Under the pieces are notes generated by a model. The model did not search any database and had not been told where the DNA came from. It saw nothing but the letters and a program-made list of their open reading frames with translations. The translations under genes and the position numbers were made by a program. Source: an uncultured virus (IMG/VR IMGVR_UViG_3300025617_001525) (taxonomy: Duplodnaviria > Heunggongvirae > Uroviricota > Caudoviricetes). Taken from it: a DNA stretch of 20,000 bases. Positions 1-7,407 of this stretch are shown here, piece by piece. Location of the stretch: the IMG/VR virus record IMGVR_UViG_3300025617_001525; one strand, 5' to 3'. Each line of letters begins with the position of its first letter. Positions within the stretch are counted from its first letter, which is position 1.

Positions 1-1412
1 AAAACCTTAACACCTTTATAGTCTTTTACCATCTCGTGGTGTAAGTGACCGGTGAAAAATGCTCTGTGTTTTGTCTTAGCCCAAAGGTCAGCAGCTTCAT
101 TTGCCATCATGTAAGGAAGATCCTGAAGCTTCATTCCATCTCCATGTGTAAAGCCCATCAGAGTGTTTCCATAGCTGAAGTATTGTCTGAATTTATGACA
201 TCTAATAACATTTACATCTTCACAGTCTCTATAGTAAGCCCCCAGATACTGTAACAGCACGTGAGAGAGCTTAAAATCGTGATTACCTGCAGTGAGTATA
301 ATTTCAACTTCAGCAACTTGTCTAAGCATATCTAAAAATTCTACCATTAGCTGCTGGCCTTCTACCATGATCTGTATGAAAGTCCCATCACAATCTTGAG
401 GTGTACCTTTTGTTGTTGTTCCTCCCATGGTATCGACATGGAAAAAATCAGAACCAACGGGGACTATAATTTTCTCTATATTATACTTGATGATGTCTGG
501 GATAAGTTCTTTTGTTTTTTGCAACAAAAGATCCCTTGCCATTTGTCTGTTATATTCTTCTCTAACCTCCCCAGACCAAGCATACTTACCATAGTGGAGA
601 TCAAATGGTGACATTACCAAAGCATGCTTATCTCCGGATGGTAATTGTAATTTTGGAACTTTGTATTTTGCAAATACGTTCTCAAGTTTTTCTGCAAGCG
701 GGTTCAATGTCAAGCCCTTAAAAGCCCACCAGTTGTTTGCAGCATCCTTGATTAGCTTTTCTTCTTGTCTAGTGTACTTTTGGAAGAAAGAAAACTTTCT
801 TTTCTGCAAAGCATCCTGAACCATTTCCTCCTCACCCCTTGCGAACATTTCTTCGTCTGTGAATGGCTCAGAATCGTGTGTCCATCCCATGATAGACTTA
901 AGTGCAATAAATATGTTTCTTGGGATTTCAAAATTCCTACAAATTTCGTTTATTGTTTCCGGAGATCCATCTAGGTTAGAATACCTAGATTTCATATCTC
1001 TAATGATGGTACCAGTAAATTTGTAAGGCTTGTTCTTTATGTAGATAATGTAAAGATCTTTGGCCTCGTCAAAATAATAAGCAGCATTGTGCTTATATTT
1101 TTTGTAAGCTGTTTTTGCAAGCTCCTTTTCCTCAGATTCTTCTAATTCAACCTGGTCGTCGGTTACTTCATCTTCTAACTCAAACTTTTTTTGAATCTCC
1201 GTCTCCAGCTCTACATTATCATTTTCTTTTGGAGTTTGTAGATGGACTGATATTGCTCTACGTAAGCTGTCTATGTGGGAATCTCCTAGATCAATAGAAT
1301 TCTTTGTAACTATTTCCCTCGAAATCTCCGAGTGGTTTAACCCCCTTTTATGTAATTGGATTATTTGTTCCTCAAACTTTTTTACGATTTCTCTTAAGGA
1401 TAATTTGCTCAT
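1..1412 (-). CDS. Calcineurin-like metallophosphoesterase with a long N-terminal extension (putative HTH plus acidic linker); 3'-partial, runs off the window
   Basis: Absent from the ORF track because it has no stop inside the window. Manual translation from ATG at 1412 (MSKLSLREIVKKFEEQIIQLHKRGLNHSEISREI...) stays open for 470 codons. It carries the five MPP motifs in order: DLH, GSDFFHVD, GNHD, HGD, GHLHH. Confidence 0.88.
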   Translation of the reverse strand, partial: MSKLSLREIVKKFEEQIIQLHKRGLNHSEISREIVTKNSIDLGDSHIDSLRRAISVHLQTPKENDNVELETEIQKKFELEDEVTDDQVELEESEEKELAKTAYKKYKHNAAYYFDEAKDLYIIYIKNKPYKFTGTIIRDMKSRYSNLDGSPETINEICRNFEIPRNIFIALKSIMGWTHDSEPFTDEEMFARGEEEMVQDALQKRKFSFFQKYTRQEEKLIKDAANNWWAFKGLTLNPLAEKLENVFAKYKVPKLQLPSGDKHALVMSPFDLHYGKYAWSGEVREEYNRQMARDLLLQKTKELIPDIIKYNIEKIIVPVGSDFFHVDTMGGTTTKGTPQDCDGTFIQIMVEGQQLMVEFLDMLRQVAEVEIILTAGNHDFKLSHVLLQYLGAYYRDCEDVNVIRCHKFRQYFSYGNTLMGFTHGDGMKLQDLPYMMANEAADLWAKTKHRAFFTGHLHHEMVKDYKGVKV

Positions 1413-1461
1413 TAGTTTGTTATGATTTTGTCCCTATTGTTTAGATAGGGAATTTCTAAAA

Positions 1462-1489
1462 TATATGACGAATTCCCAAAAAAATTTCG
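1462..1489 (-). promoter_or_regulatory. Class A promoter-like motif CGAAA-N18-ATATA
   Basis: Minus strand CGAAA TTTTTTTGGGAATTCGTC ATATA, 50 nt upstream of the ATG at 1412 and just after a terminator. Same boxes and spacing recur at 3704-3731 and 14313-14340. Confidence 0.65.
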
Positions 1490-1529
1490 GCCCATCCATC
1501 TTTTTTATATACCACCAGTACAAAACCAC

Positions 1530-1560
1530 AAAAAAAAACAGGCTCAATCTCTTGAACCTG
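1530..1560 (-). terminator. Rho-independent terminator
   Basis: Minus strand CAGGTTCAA-GAGA-TTGAGCCTG (9-bp stem with one G-U, GNRA loop) followed by a T9 run, just downstream of ORF 1584..1850. Confidence 0.85.
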
Positions 1561-1583
1561 CTTGTTATTAACCCCTGAGTTTT

Positions 1584-1850
1584 CTATTCTTCTTTTTCTT
1601 TAGTGATAGCTCCCACTATTTTCATAAGACCGATTTCCTTCTCTAGCTCGTTAAAGTATTCAGTAATGTATCTACATTTCTCATACTCTTCCGTAGATTC
1701 GTAGTAGTCCAACAAAGATGTACGGATCGCATCTCTCTTTTTGAGAAGCCTTGGGTGAAGTATTGCTTTCGTACCCATTGTCTCCATCCTTTGAATTGCG
1801 TTCTCGTAGATGCTTCTCTCTATCTTTTTTGGTTCCTGGTCCAATTCCAT
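1584..1850 (-). CDS. Small protein with UVR-like motif (YYESTEEYEKC)
   Basis: 88 aa, last gene before the terminator. Shares the E-x-Y-E-x-C motif with two neighbours. Confidence 0.7.
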   Translation of the reverse strand: MELDQEPKKIERSIYENAIQRMETMGTKAILHPRLLKKRDAIRTSLLDYYESTEEYEKCRYITEYFNELEKEIGLMKIVGAITKEKEE

Positions 1851-1854
1851 TATT

Positions 1855-2052
1855 TTATATTTGTGGGTCTTTCTCCTCTGTTTTTAGTACTTCAAATAAA
1901 TCGTGGCATTTTTCATATTCCTCAAATTCTTCCAATATTATTAGACATTCTTTGGAGTTTTCAATCAAAATACTCTTTTGCCCGAACTTTATAATGTTCG
2001 AGTAAACACCGAGTGCCCAATTTAATTCATCTATAGTTCGAAGAGTTTTCAT
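1855..2052 (-). CDS. Small protein with UVR-like motif (LEEFEEYEKC)
   Basis: 65 aa, packed 4 nt from the next gene, preceded by an AATATATA motif. Confidence 0.7.
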   Translation of the reverse strand: MKTLRTIDELNWALGVYSNIIKFGQKSILIENSKECLIILEEFEEYEKCHDLFEVLKTEEKDPQI

Positions 2053-2068
2053 TATTTCCCATTCAAAC

Positions 2069-2076
2069 TATATATT
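2069..2076 (-). promoter_or_regulatory. Class B (T4-late-like) motif AATATATA
   Basis: RATAWATA octamer in a short intergenic gap upstream of ATG 2052. Also at 3962-3969, 4391-4398, 9458-9465, 12605-12612 and 14792-14799. Confidence 0.45.
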
Positions 2077-2080
2077 TAAA

Positions 2081-2305
2081 TCAACTCAAAAAAGAGAATG
2101 CTTCTACTCCCTTCTGAAATGGCATTCCTGCTCTATTTGGTGCGTTGTATTCAACCATAAGTAGCCTGTCCCCGTCCTTATTTCCATAGACGTTCAAAAC
2201 TTTTACGGTCATGTTTGTTGCATTTTCTCTAAGGATGTCTCCTTTTGTAACCTTTATCCCGCTTAGCATAGCGGAATTGATTAAGAAATATTCTCTTGTG
2301 TCCAT
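2081..2305 (-). CDS. Hypothetical protein
   Basis: 74-aa ORF filling the gap in a co-oriented run. No recognised motif. Confidence 0.6.
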   Translation of the reverse strand: MDTREYFLINSAMLSGIKVTKGDILRENATNMTVKVLNVYGNKDGDRLLMVEYNAPNRAGMPFQKGVEAFSFLS

Positions 2306-2598
2306 TGTTCGAATTCTTTTATTAAAGTTTTAATCTCTGAGCAGGTTTCGTATCTTTCGAGATCCTCAGACCACAAAAGATAGTTATTCAGGAAAGTCCC
2401 ATAATCCTCTTTCCTTATGATTATAGAATATCCATCTTCATTATCAAGTCCAGCTTCGTCTAAGTGGAATACAATTGAAAATGAATGTCTTTTCTCAACT
2501 CCTTTCTTTATCTTCTTATAAATAATTTGCCAAAAGGAGTCCTTCTCTTTAAAGGACATGTCGTCGCTGAAAATGAGATTGTCTTTTGAATCCTGCAT
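2281..2598 (-). CDS. Small protein with C-terminal UVR-like motif (WSEDLERYETC)
   Basis: 105 aa, starts 5 nt after the glutamine synthetase stop. Confidence 0.7.
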   Translation of the reverse strand: MQDSKDNLIFSDDMSFKEKDSFWQIIYKKIKKGVEKRHSFSIVFHLDEAGLDNEDGYSIIIRKEDYGTFLNNYLLWSEDLERYETCSEIKTLIKEFEQWTQENIS

Positions 2599-2603
2599 TG
2601 TTT

Positions 2604-3674
2604 TTATTTTTGTAATTCTACTTCCTCCATTTTTGGAGAGAGTATACTTCCTATAAATGCTGTTATCAGATAAGGGTCCGAGTTAGATCCAGGTCTTCTA
2701 TCTTCTAGATATCCTTTCCATTCTTTGGCGGTGTCTATAGGAACTCTAATAGAAGCCCCTCTATCACTTACCCCCCAGGAGAATTTATCTATACTCTGTG
2801 TCTCGTGATTACCGGTTAATCTTTGGTCGTTATCAGATCCGTAAATTCCAATGGCTTCTGCATGTCTATCTTCAAGATCACTGAGGACCATCTCGAAATA
2901 ATCCTTACCACCGGTCTCCCTCATCCTTTCATCCGAGAAATTAACGTGCATACCAGATCCATTCCAATCTTCTTCTTTGCCCATTGGTTTGGGGTGATAA
3001 TCTACATTAACCCTGTACTTTTCGGCGATACGATTCAAAATAAACCTTGACATCCAAAGGTCGTCTCCAGCATTTTTATTTCCCTTTGAGAATACCTGAT
3101 ATTCCCATTGTCCCAACATAACTTCTGCGTTGGTTCCTGTGATGTTAATACCGCAAGACAAACAAGCGTCCATGTGTTCTTCAACTATCTCCCTTCCAGC
3201 ACTGTAAGGATGACCAACAGAACAATAGTATTTACCCTGTTTTTCTGGAGGATCGAAGTTCTCAAATCCGAGTGGTCTGTTTTCATTTTTATTGAACCAC
3301 CTTAGTACGTACTCTTGCTCAAATCCAAACCATTGGGTTTTTTTATCAATTGAAATGTCAGATCTGGTATTTGTTTTGTGTGGGGTACCGTCAGGATTCA
3401 TAACTTCACACATTACCAAATATGAAAACCCATTTCTCAATGGATCCTGATAAAGCTTTACTGGTTTTAGAATACAGTCTGAGGAACTACCTTCAGCTTG
3501 GTTTGTTGAACTACCATCGAAAGACCATTCTGGTATATCTTTAAGCTTTGGCATTACCAATGCTAGAGGATTTTCTACGTCGGCTGTACCAAAGTCCATT
3601 ACCTTAACTTTAGATCTTAAGTTAGGTTCTGGATCATATCCGTCTAACCAAACGTATTCAAGTTTAATTTTCAT
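2604..3674 (-). CDS. glnII: Glutamine synthetase type II
   Basis: 356 aa (GSII length). Motifs EYVWLDG..LRSK, WSFDGSST.QA, WFGFEQEY, NAEVM.GQWEYQ, DWNGSGMH.NFS, RLTG.HET, RGASIRVP, GYLEDRRP.SN.DPY. Confidence 0.95.
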   Translation of the reverse strand: MKIKLEYVWLDGYDPEPNLRSKVKVMDFGTADVENPLALVMPKLKDIPEWSFDGSSTNQAEGSSSDCILKPVKLYQDPLRNGFSYLVMCEVMNPDGTPHKTNTRSDISIDKKTQWFGFEQEYVLRWFNKNENRPLGFENFDPPEKQGKYYCSVGHPYSAGREIVEEHMDACLSCGINITGTNAEVMLGQWEYQVFSKGNKNAGDDLWMSRFILNRIAEKYRVNVDYHPKPMGKEEDWNGSGMHVNFSDERMRETGGKDYFEMVLSDLEDRHAEAIGIYGSDNDQRLTGNHETQSIDKFSWGVSDRGASIRVPIDTAKEWKGYLEDRRPGSNSDPYLITAFIGSILSPKMEEVELQK

Positions 3675-3703
3675 ATACTAATCTATTTTTTCAATTCCTT
3701 TTT

Positions 3704-3731
3704 TATATACCAGGATGTTGAAAAATTTTCG
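3704..3731 (-). promoter_or_regulatory. Class A promoter-like motif CGAAA-N18-ATATA upstream of glnII
   Basis: Minus strand CGAAA ATTTTTCAACATCCTGGT ATATA, 30 nt upstream of the ATG. Confidence 0.65.
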
Positions 3732-3750
3732 ACTAATTGCTAAGAAAATT

Positions 3751-3939
3751 TTAGGACTGTTTTGATTGGAGGCCCTCAGCTTTTTTGCTGAAGTCTTCAT
3801 ATTGTATAATTTTCCCTGTAGTCCCCCTTTCTAAACCAAGGGATCCTTTCTCTGTTCCAAATGTTCTTTCGTCAAACCACTTTACAAAGTTGTCGACAGT
3901 CTTGAATTTTTCATTTGGTTGTACTATTGGTAAAGACAT
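3751..3939 (-). CDS. Hypothetical protein
   Basis: 62-aa co-oriented ORF preceded by GATAAATA (3962-3969). Confidence 0.55.
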   Translation of the reverse strand: MSLPIVQPNEKFKTVDNFVKWFDERTFGTEKGSLGLERGTTGKIIQYEDFSKKAEGLQSKQS

Positions 3940-3960
3940 AATAGATATAATTTCTTTATC

Positions 3961-4344
3961 TTATTTATCTATAAAGAACATTTTAGCCAAAATACCAACA
4001 AGTGCGGAGAATATAATCCAGAGTGTTTTGGTCACAGTTCCTTTCCATTTGACAAGCTCAGTGTGTTCGAGAATCATTTCCTTGAATTCTTTCTCTTCTA
4101 TTTCCTGGACTTCCCTGAATTTGGTATTTTCATTAACCTTGACAATAACCCCGTCATCAGGATCCAGCAATTTTTTTTTTAGGTCCGATAGATCTTTCTT
4201 CATATCGGCCTGAGATTGCCTTAGCTCCTCAATGCTCATCTGTATGACCTTTAGCTCCCCATTAGGTAGCTTGCTTTTCATAGTGGACAACTCGTCAAGA
4301 ATGTCCCTCATAAGATCGGTTATCTGTTTTCCGTTATCTGCCAT
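3961..4344 (-). CDS. Coiled-coil protein with a single C-terminal transmembrane helix
   Basis: Heptad-like segment IEELRQSQADMKKDLSDLKKKL and terminal hydrophobic segment TLWIIFSALVGILAKMFF. Confidence 0.7.
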   Translation of the reverse strand: MADNGKQITDLMRDILDELSTMKSKLPNGELKVIQMSIEELRQSQADMKKDLSDLKKKLLDPDDGVIVKVNENTKFREVQEIEEKEFKEMILEHTELVKWKGTVTKTLWIIFSALVGILAKMFFIDK

Positions 4345-4390
4345 TTCTTTACTTTAGTTCATTCCCCAACGACCCAAAATAAAGTTATTC

Positions 4391-4398
4391 TATATATC
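4391..4398 (-). promoter_or_regulatory. Class B motif GATATATA
   Basis: Intergenic RATAWATA upstream of ORF 3961..4344. Confidence 0.45.
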
Positions 4399-4444
4399 AA
4401 TTGTATATAAAAAGAAGCAGGACTAAATAAAGATGTGAGAAAAT

Positions 4445-4645
4445 TTATGCCGGATTTAGGTCGACTACAGAGTCTTCCAAAACTATAAAAGAGTCTACAG
4501 TTTCTCTTGGAGTTTCTATAATAAAGAATCCGTAGCATCCCCTTTTACTCACAGAATCTTTTACAATTGTAGACCCATAGAATTTTATCAAAGCACAAAC
4601 TTCAAGATGTGCTTGTGCAGAGAGTGTACGGACAGATATTTTCAA
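4445..4645 (-). CDS. Hypothetical protein (TTG start)
   Basis: 66 aa. Its start directly abuts the stop of the upstream gene, suggesting translational coupling. Confidence 0.5.
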   Translation of the reverse strand: MKISVRTLSAQAHLEVCALIKFYGSTIVKDSVSKRGCYGFFIIETPRETVDSFIVLEDSVVDLNPA

Positions 4646-4921
4646 CTATTCTAGTATTGCACGGGTTACGTCATCGATATGGATGACAATATACTCATCT
4701 GATTCTGTAAAATGAACTAAGACTTCCTCGGAGGTCATACTTCCTAAGAGGATTGCTTCTTTCTTCTCGAAGATGAAAGAGTTTCCTAGATGACTTGGTT
4801 CTAACTTGGATCTTCTTATCCATTTACTTTGATTTCTTACGAACTGATCCCCGTAATACTTTCTCATAGAGTCAGTTGGCTCTTTTATTCTCCTCCTTCT
4901 TTTTCCTTTTAAACTTGCCAT
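4646..4921 (-). CDS. Hypothetical protein with a basic N-terminus
   Basis: 91 aa, KGKRRRRIK near the N-terminus, abuts genes on both sides. Confidence 0.65.
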   Translation of the reverse strand: MASLKGKRRRRIKEPTDSMRKYYGDQFVRNQSKWIRRSKLEPSHLGNSFIFEKKEAILLGSMTSEEVLVHFTESDEYIVIHIDDVTRAILE

Positions 4922-5869
4922 TTAATTAAAATATCCTTTTTGTTTTAAACTATCTAAGTGTTGTATGATCTTTTCCAATTCTTGTTCCCTTTTTTCACCA
5001 TGCAGTACTTTAATCAACCTCTTGTCCTTTGGTATTTTATAGAAATCCCCACTTAAGGTATCCCTTTCCACCTCGGTTTCGAAGAAGTGTTTTACTGTTT
5101 CTAACCCGTCGTTAATGTTTATGTAACTCATAGGAAGTCCACCACCTCCATATTTCCATATTAGAACATTCATGGGAGTTTCGTCTTGGAAAGGTGAGTA
5201 ATGATAAACATCGACAACCTTCCACATAACATTTAAGAACTCTTCCAGTATGACAAGGAAGTTCTTACATTCCTTGTTAAATATAAATAGGTTTCCCGTC
5301 CTGTACTCATCCCTTTGTTCTAGGTTAACCTGTAGGAATTGCATCAGTGGCCATTCTAATGTTTTGGTAAGGTCGCATTCCGGCCAGCATCCTTCGAAGG
5401 GGTTTCCTCTCATAACACCATTATCGTCAGGAACCATCACAAATTCATGGGGGCCTTTTGTTGCTAAAGGAACATTTTTAATACCATCAGAATAAGAAAA
5501 TATCTCATCTATATTTGGACAAGCAATGCTATCCCCATCGATATAGCAGGCCTCGTCATACCCCATGTCTATAACTTTCAGACAAGCTTCGCTTTTCCTG
5601 GTCATTACTTGGAAACTTCTCGGATTTCTTCTATTAACATAGAAATTACCATTCGAGGTGTCTTGGAAGTTTTCCCCATCCTCGTGGATCTTATAATCTA
5701 TTCTATGAAATGTAACACCATCTGGCATTTCTAATCCCGAATCAGAAGGGAAATAGTTTATGCAGAATATGTTGATGTCGTAATTAGAATAGAGCTTCAA
5801 ACTTTTCACCAGCCAAAGTGTAAGATAGTGATAATTTTCGGTTGTTATTGAAACATAGGATCTTCTCAT
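4922..5869 (-). CDS. Putative GT-A fold glycosyltransferase (GT8-like)
   Basis: N-terminal Y....L.KSL..YS, DxD motif YIDGD, QDETPMNVL (GT8-type QD..LN) and C-terminal HG.K. Confidence 0.7.
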   Translation of the reverse strand: MRRSYVSITTENYHYLTLWLVKSLKLYSNYDINIFCINYFPSDSGLEMPDGVTFHRIDYKIHEDGENFQDTSNGNFYVNRRNPRSFQVMTRKSEACLKVIDMGYDEACYIDGDSIACPNIDEIFSYSDGIKNVPLATKGPHEFVMVPDDNGVMRGNPFEGCWPECDLTKTLEWPLMQFLQVNLEQRDEYRTGNLFIFNKECKNFLVILEEFLNVMWKVVDVYHYSPFQDETPMNVLIWKYGGGGLPMSYININDGLETVKHFFETEVERDTLSGDFYKIPKDKRLIKVLHGEKREQELEKIIQHLDSLKQKGYFN

Positions 5870-7407
5870 TTCTTTATCTGATATAATGCTATCTCTTTTT
5901 GACTAGAATCGAACACTCTTATTATGTCATTGTTTTGGAAGTTGTTGCTAGAAATCCAATATAACAATGTACGGTCTACGCTTATACTATCCCATTTAAG
6001 TATTTGATCATAACCCCTATACAGAACTAAAGTTATATCACCCAAAGAATCCACAAGTGATTTGTAATATACCCGATCTCCATCTAATTCCCACTTTCCT
6101 ATTTTTCCACCCACGAAGGGTTTAAGCAAAGAGATAATTTCAATCCTTTCATTGGTGCTGTATGATGTCACATGTGCTATAAAATCACCAGGCTCCCATA
6201 GGTTTTTATTTAGGTGAGGGAATGTATCAATCATATAAGGATTCTTTGTGGGCCAGAATCTGTTAAAAAGTTTTTCCTCTACCAAACCAATGCCATCTCT
6301 CCATCTATCTTTTTTAGAAGATATTCTTATCTGCCTCATTTCGTGATCAAACTCATTTATGTCCATCCCTTCGGGCCAATCTGGAGATTCCCATATTTCT
6401 GCCAAGAAATCGAGGGATTCCTGACAATTTTTTATTAATATCTGGGATGACATTATGTTATCCGTGTAAGGACTTCCGGTTAGATTATTATCAGGGGCTC
6501 CTCCTCCTTTGGGGAGTATAATAAACTTATCTTCCTGTATGAAAGACTCTAATTTAATAGAGGGGTTCATAATTAAGCAATCACAGTCAATGAAGAAAAA
6601 CCATTCAGATTCCCCCTTTTCTATAAGTTGCCTAAGGACCTTTATCTTTCCCCATTGAGGATTTCTCCCTTCTAGAAAATCATCGTCTATCCGGAATCCT
6701 ATGTGGTTATATCCATTCAATTGACAATAATCCTTAAAATTACTGTTTATTGTATGATCAGCCATTCTAGAATATCCCTCATCATACATAGATACAACAG
6801 ATATGTTTACACCTCTATCAAAGATAAAATTTTCTAAAATATCTGAGGTCAATTTGTAACCCAATGAGATGAGTCTGTTTTTCAGTTTATTAAAATCCTC
6901 ACTTGCATCATGCGCATAATGACCTTCACAATACTCAAATGCTATCTTATCAGGTAATACTTTTCCATAATCTAGCAATGAGTTTATTATCTCAATATCA
7001 ATACCCTCTAAATCTGTTTTAAATATGCCAATCTCCGTAATTGAATATTCTTCTATAATTTCACCTATAGTAACAGTCCTAACTCGTATCTCCTCATATA
7101 GATGTTGTAGGTTTCTTTCTTCCAACTCTCTTAATACAAATGGGTGTGGAGAACCCAACCTTGAACAGGCTCTTAACCAATTCGGGAGATTATAATCATT
7201 TACCTTTTTTTCGGGTAGGGTGTAAATGATGTCTTCCCCACTAGAGCTTGAAACAACCGCATTTAGCTTCTTTACATTTGCTCTATTTGGTAGTCGATCA
7301 AGATACTCTGGAATAGCTTCTATGCTCAGTCCACTTTCTTCATCCTTGCATGATTGGAGTAGGGTGGTGAAATCACACGTTCCTATTTCTATAAAATCAT
7401 ATCTCAT
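5866..7407 (-). CDS. Fusion of an FkbM-like SAM methyltransferase, a GT34 (GMA12/MNN10)-like glycosyltransferase and an unknown C-terminal domain
   Basis: N-terminal DFIEIGT.DF, SIEAIPEYL and KTDLEG.D are FkbM-like. The central part has YCQLNGY, PQWGKIKVL, FFIDCDCLIMN and WEPGDFIAHV, as in GT34. Confidence 0.72.
   Translation of the reverse strand: MRYDFIEIGTCDFTTLLQSCKDEESGLSIEAIPEYLDRLPNRANVKKLNAVVSSSSGEDIIYTLPEKKVNDYNLPNWLRACSRLGSPHPFVLRELEERNLQHLYEEIRVRTVTIGEIIEEYSITEIGIFKTDLEGIDIEIINSLLDYGKVLPDKIAFEYCEGHYAHDASEDFNKLKNRLISLGYKLTSDILENFIFDRGVNISVVSMYDEGYSRMADHTINSNFKDYCQLNGYNHIGFRIDDDFLEGRNPQWGKIKVLRQLIEKGESEWFFFIDCDCLIMNPSIKLESFIQEDKFIILPKGGGAPDNNLTGSPYTDNIMSSQILIKNCQESLDFLAEIWESPDWPEGMDINEFDHEMRQIRISSKKDRWRDGIGLVEEKLFNRFWPTKNPYMIDTFPHLNKNLWEPGDFIAHVTSYSTNERIEIISLLKPFVGGKIGKWELDGDRVYYKSLVDSLGDITLVLYRGYDQILKWDSISVDRTLLYWISSNNFQNNDIIRVFDSSQKEIALYQIKK

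Noticed and set aside
45..1297. Four short plus-strand ORFs (45, 396, 765, 1115)
   Set aside because: They are shadows of the long minus-strand phosphoesterase ORF and have implausible composition.
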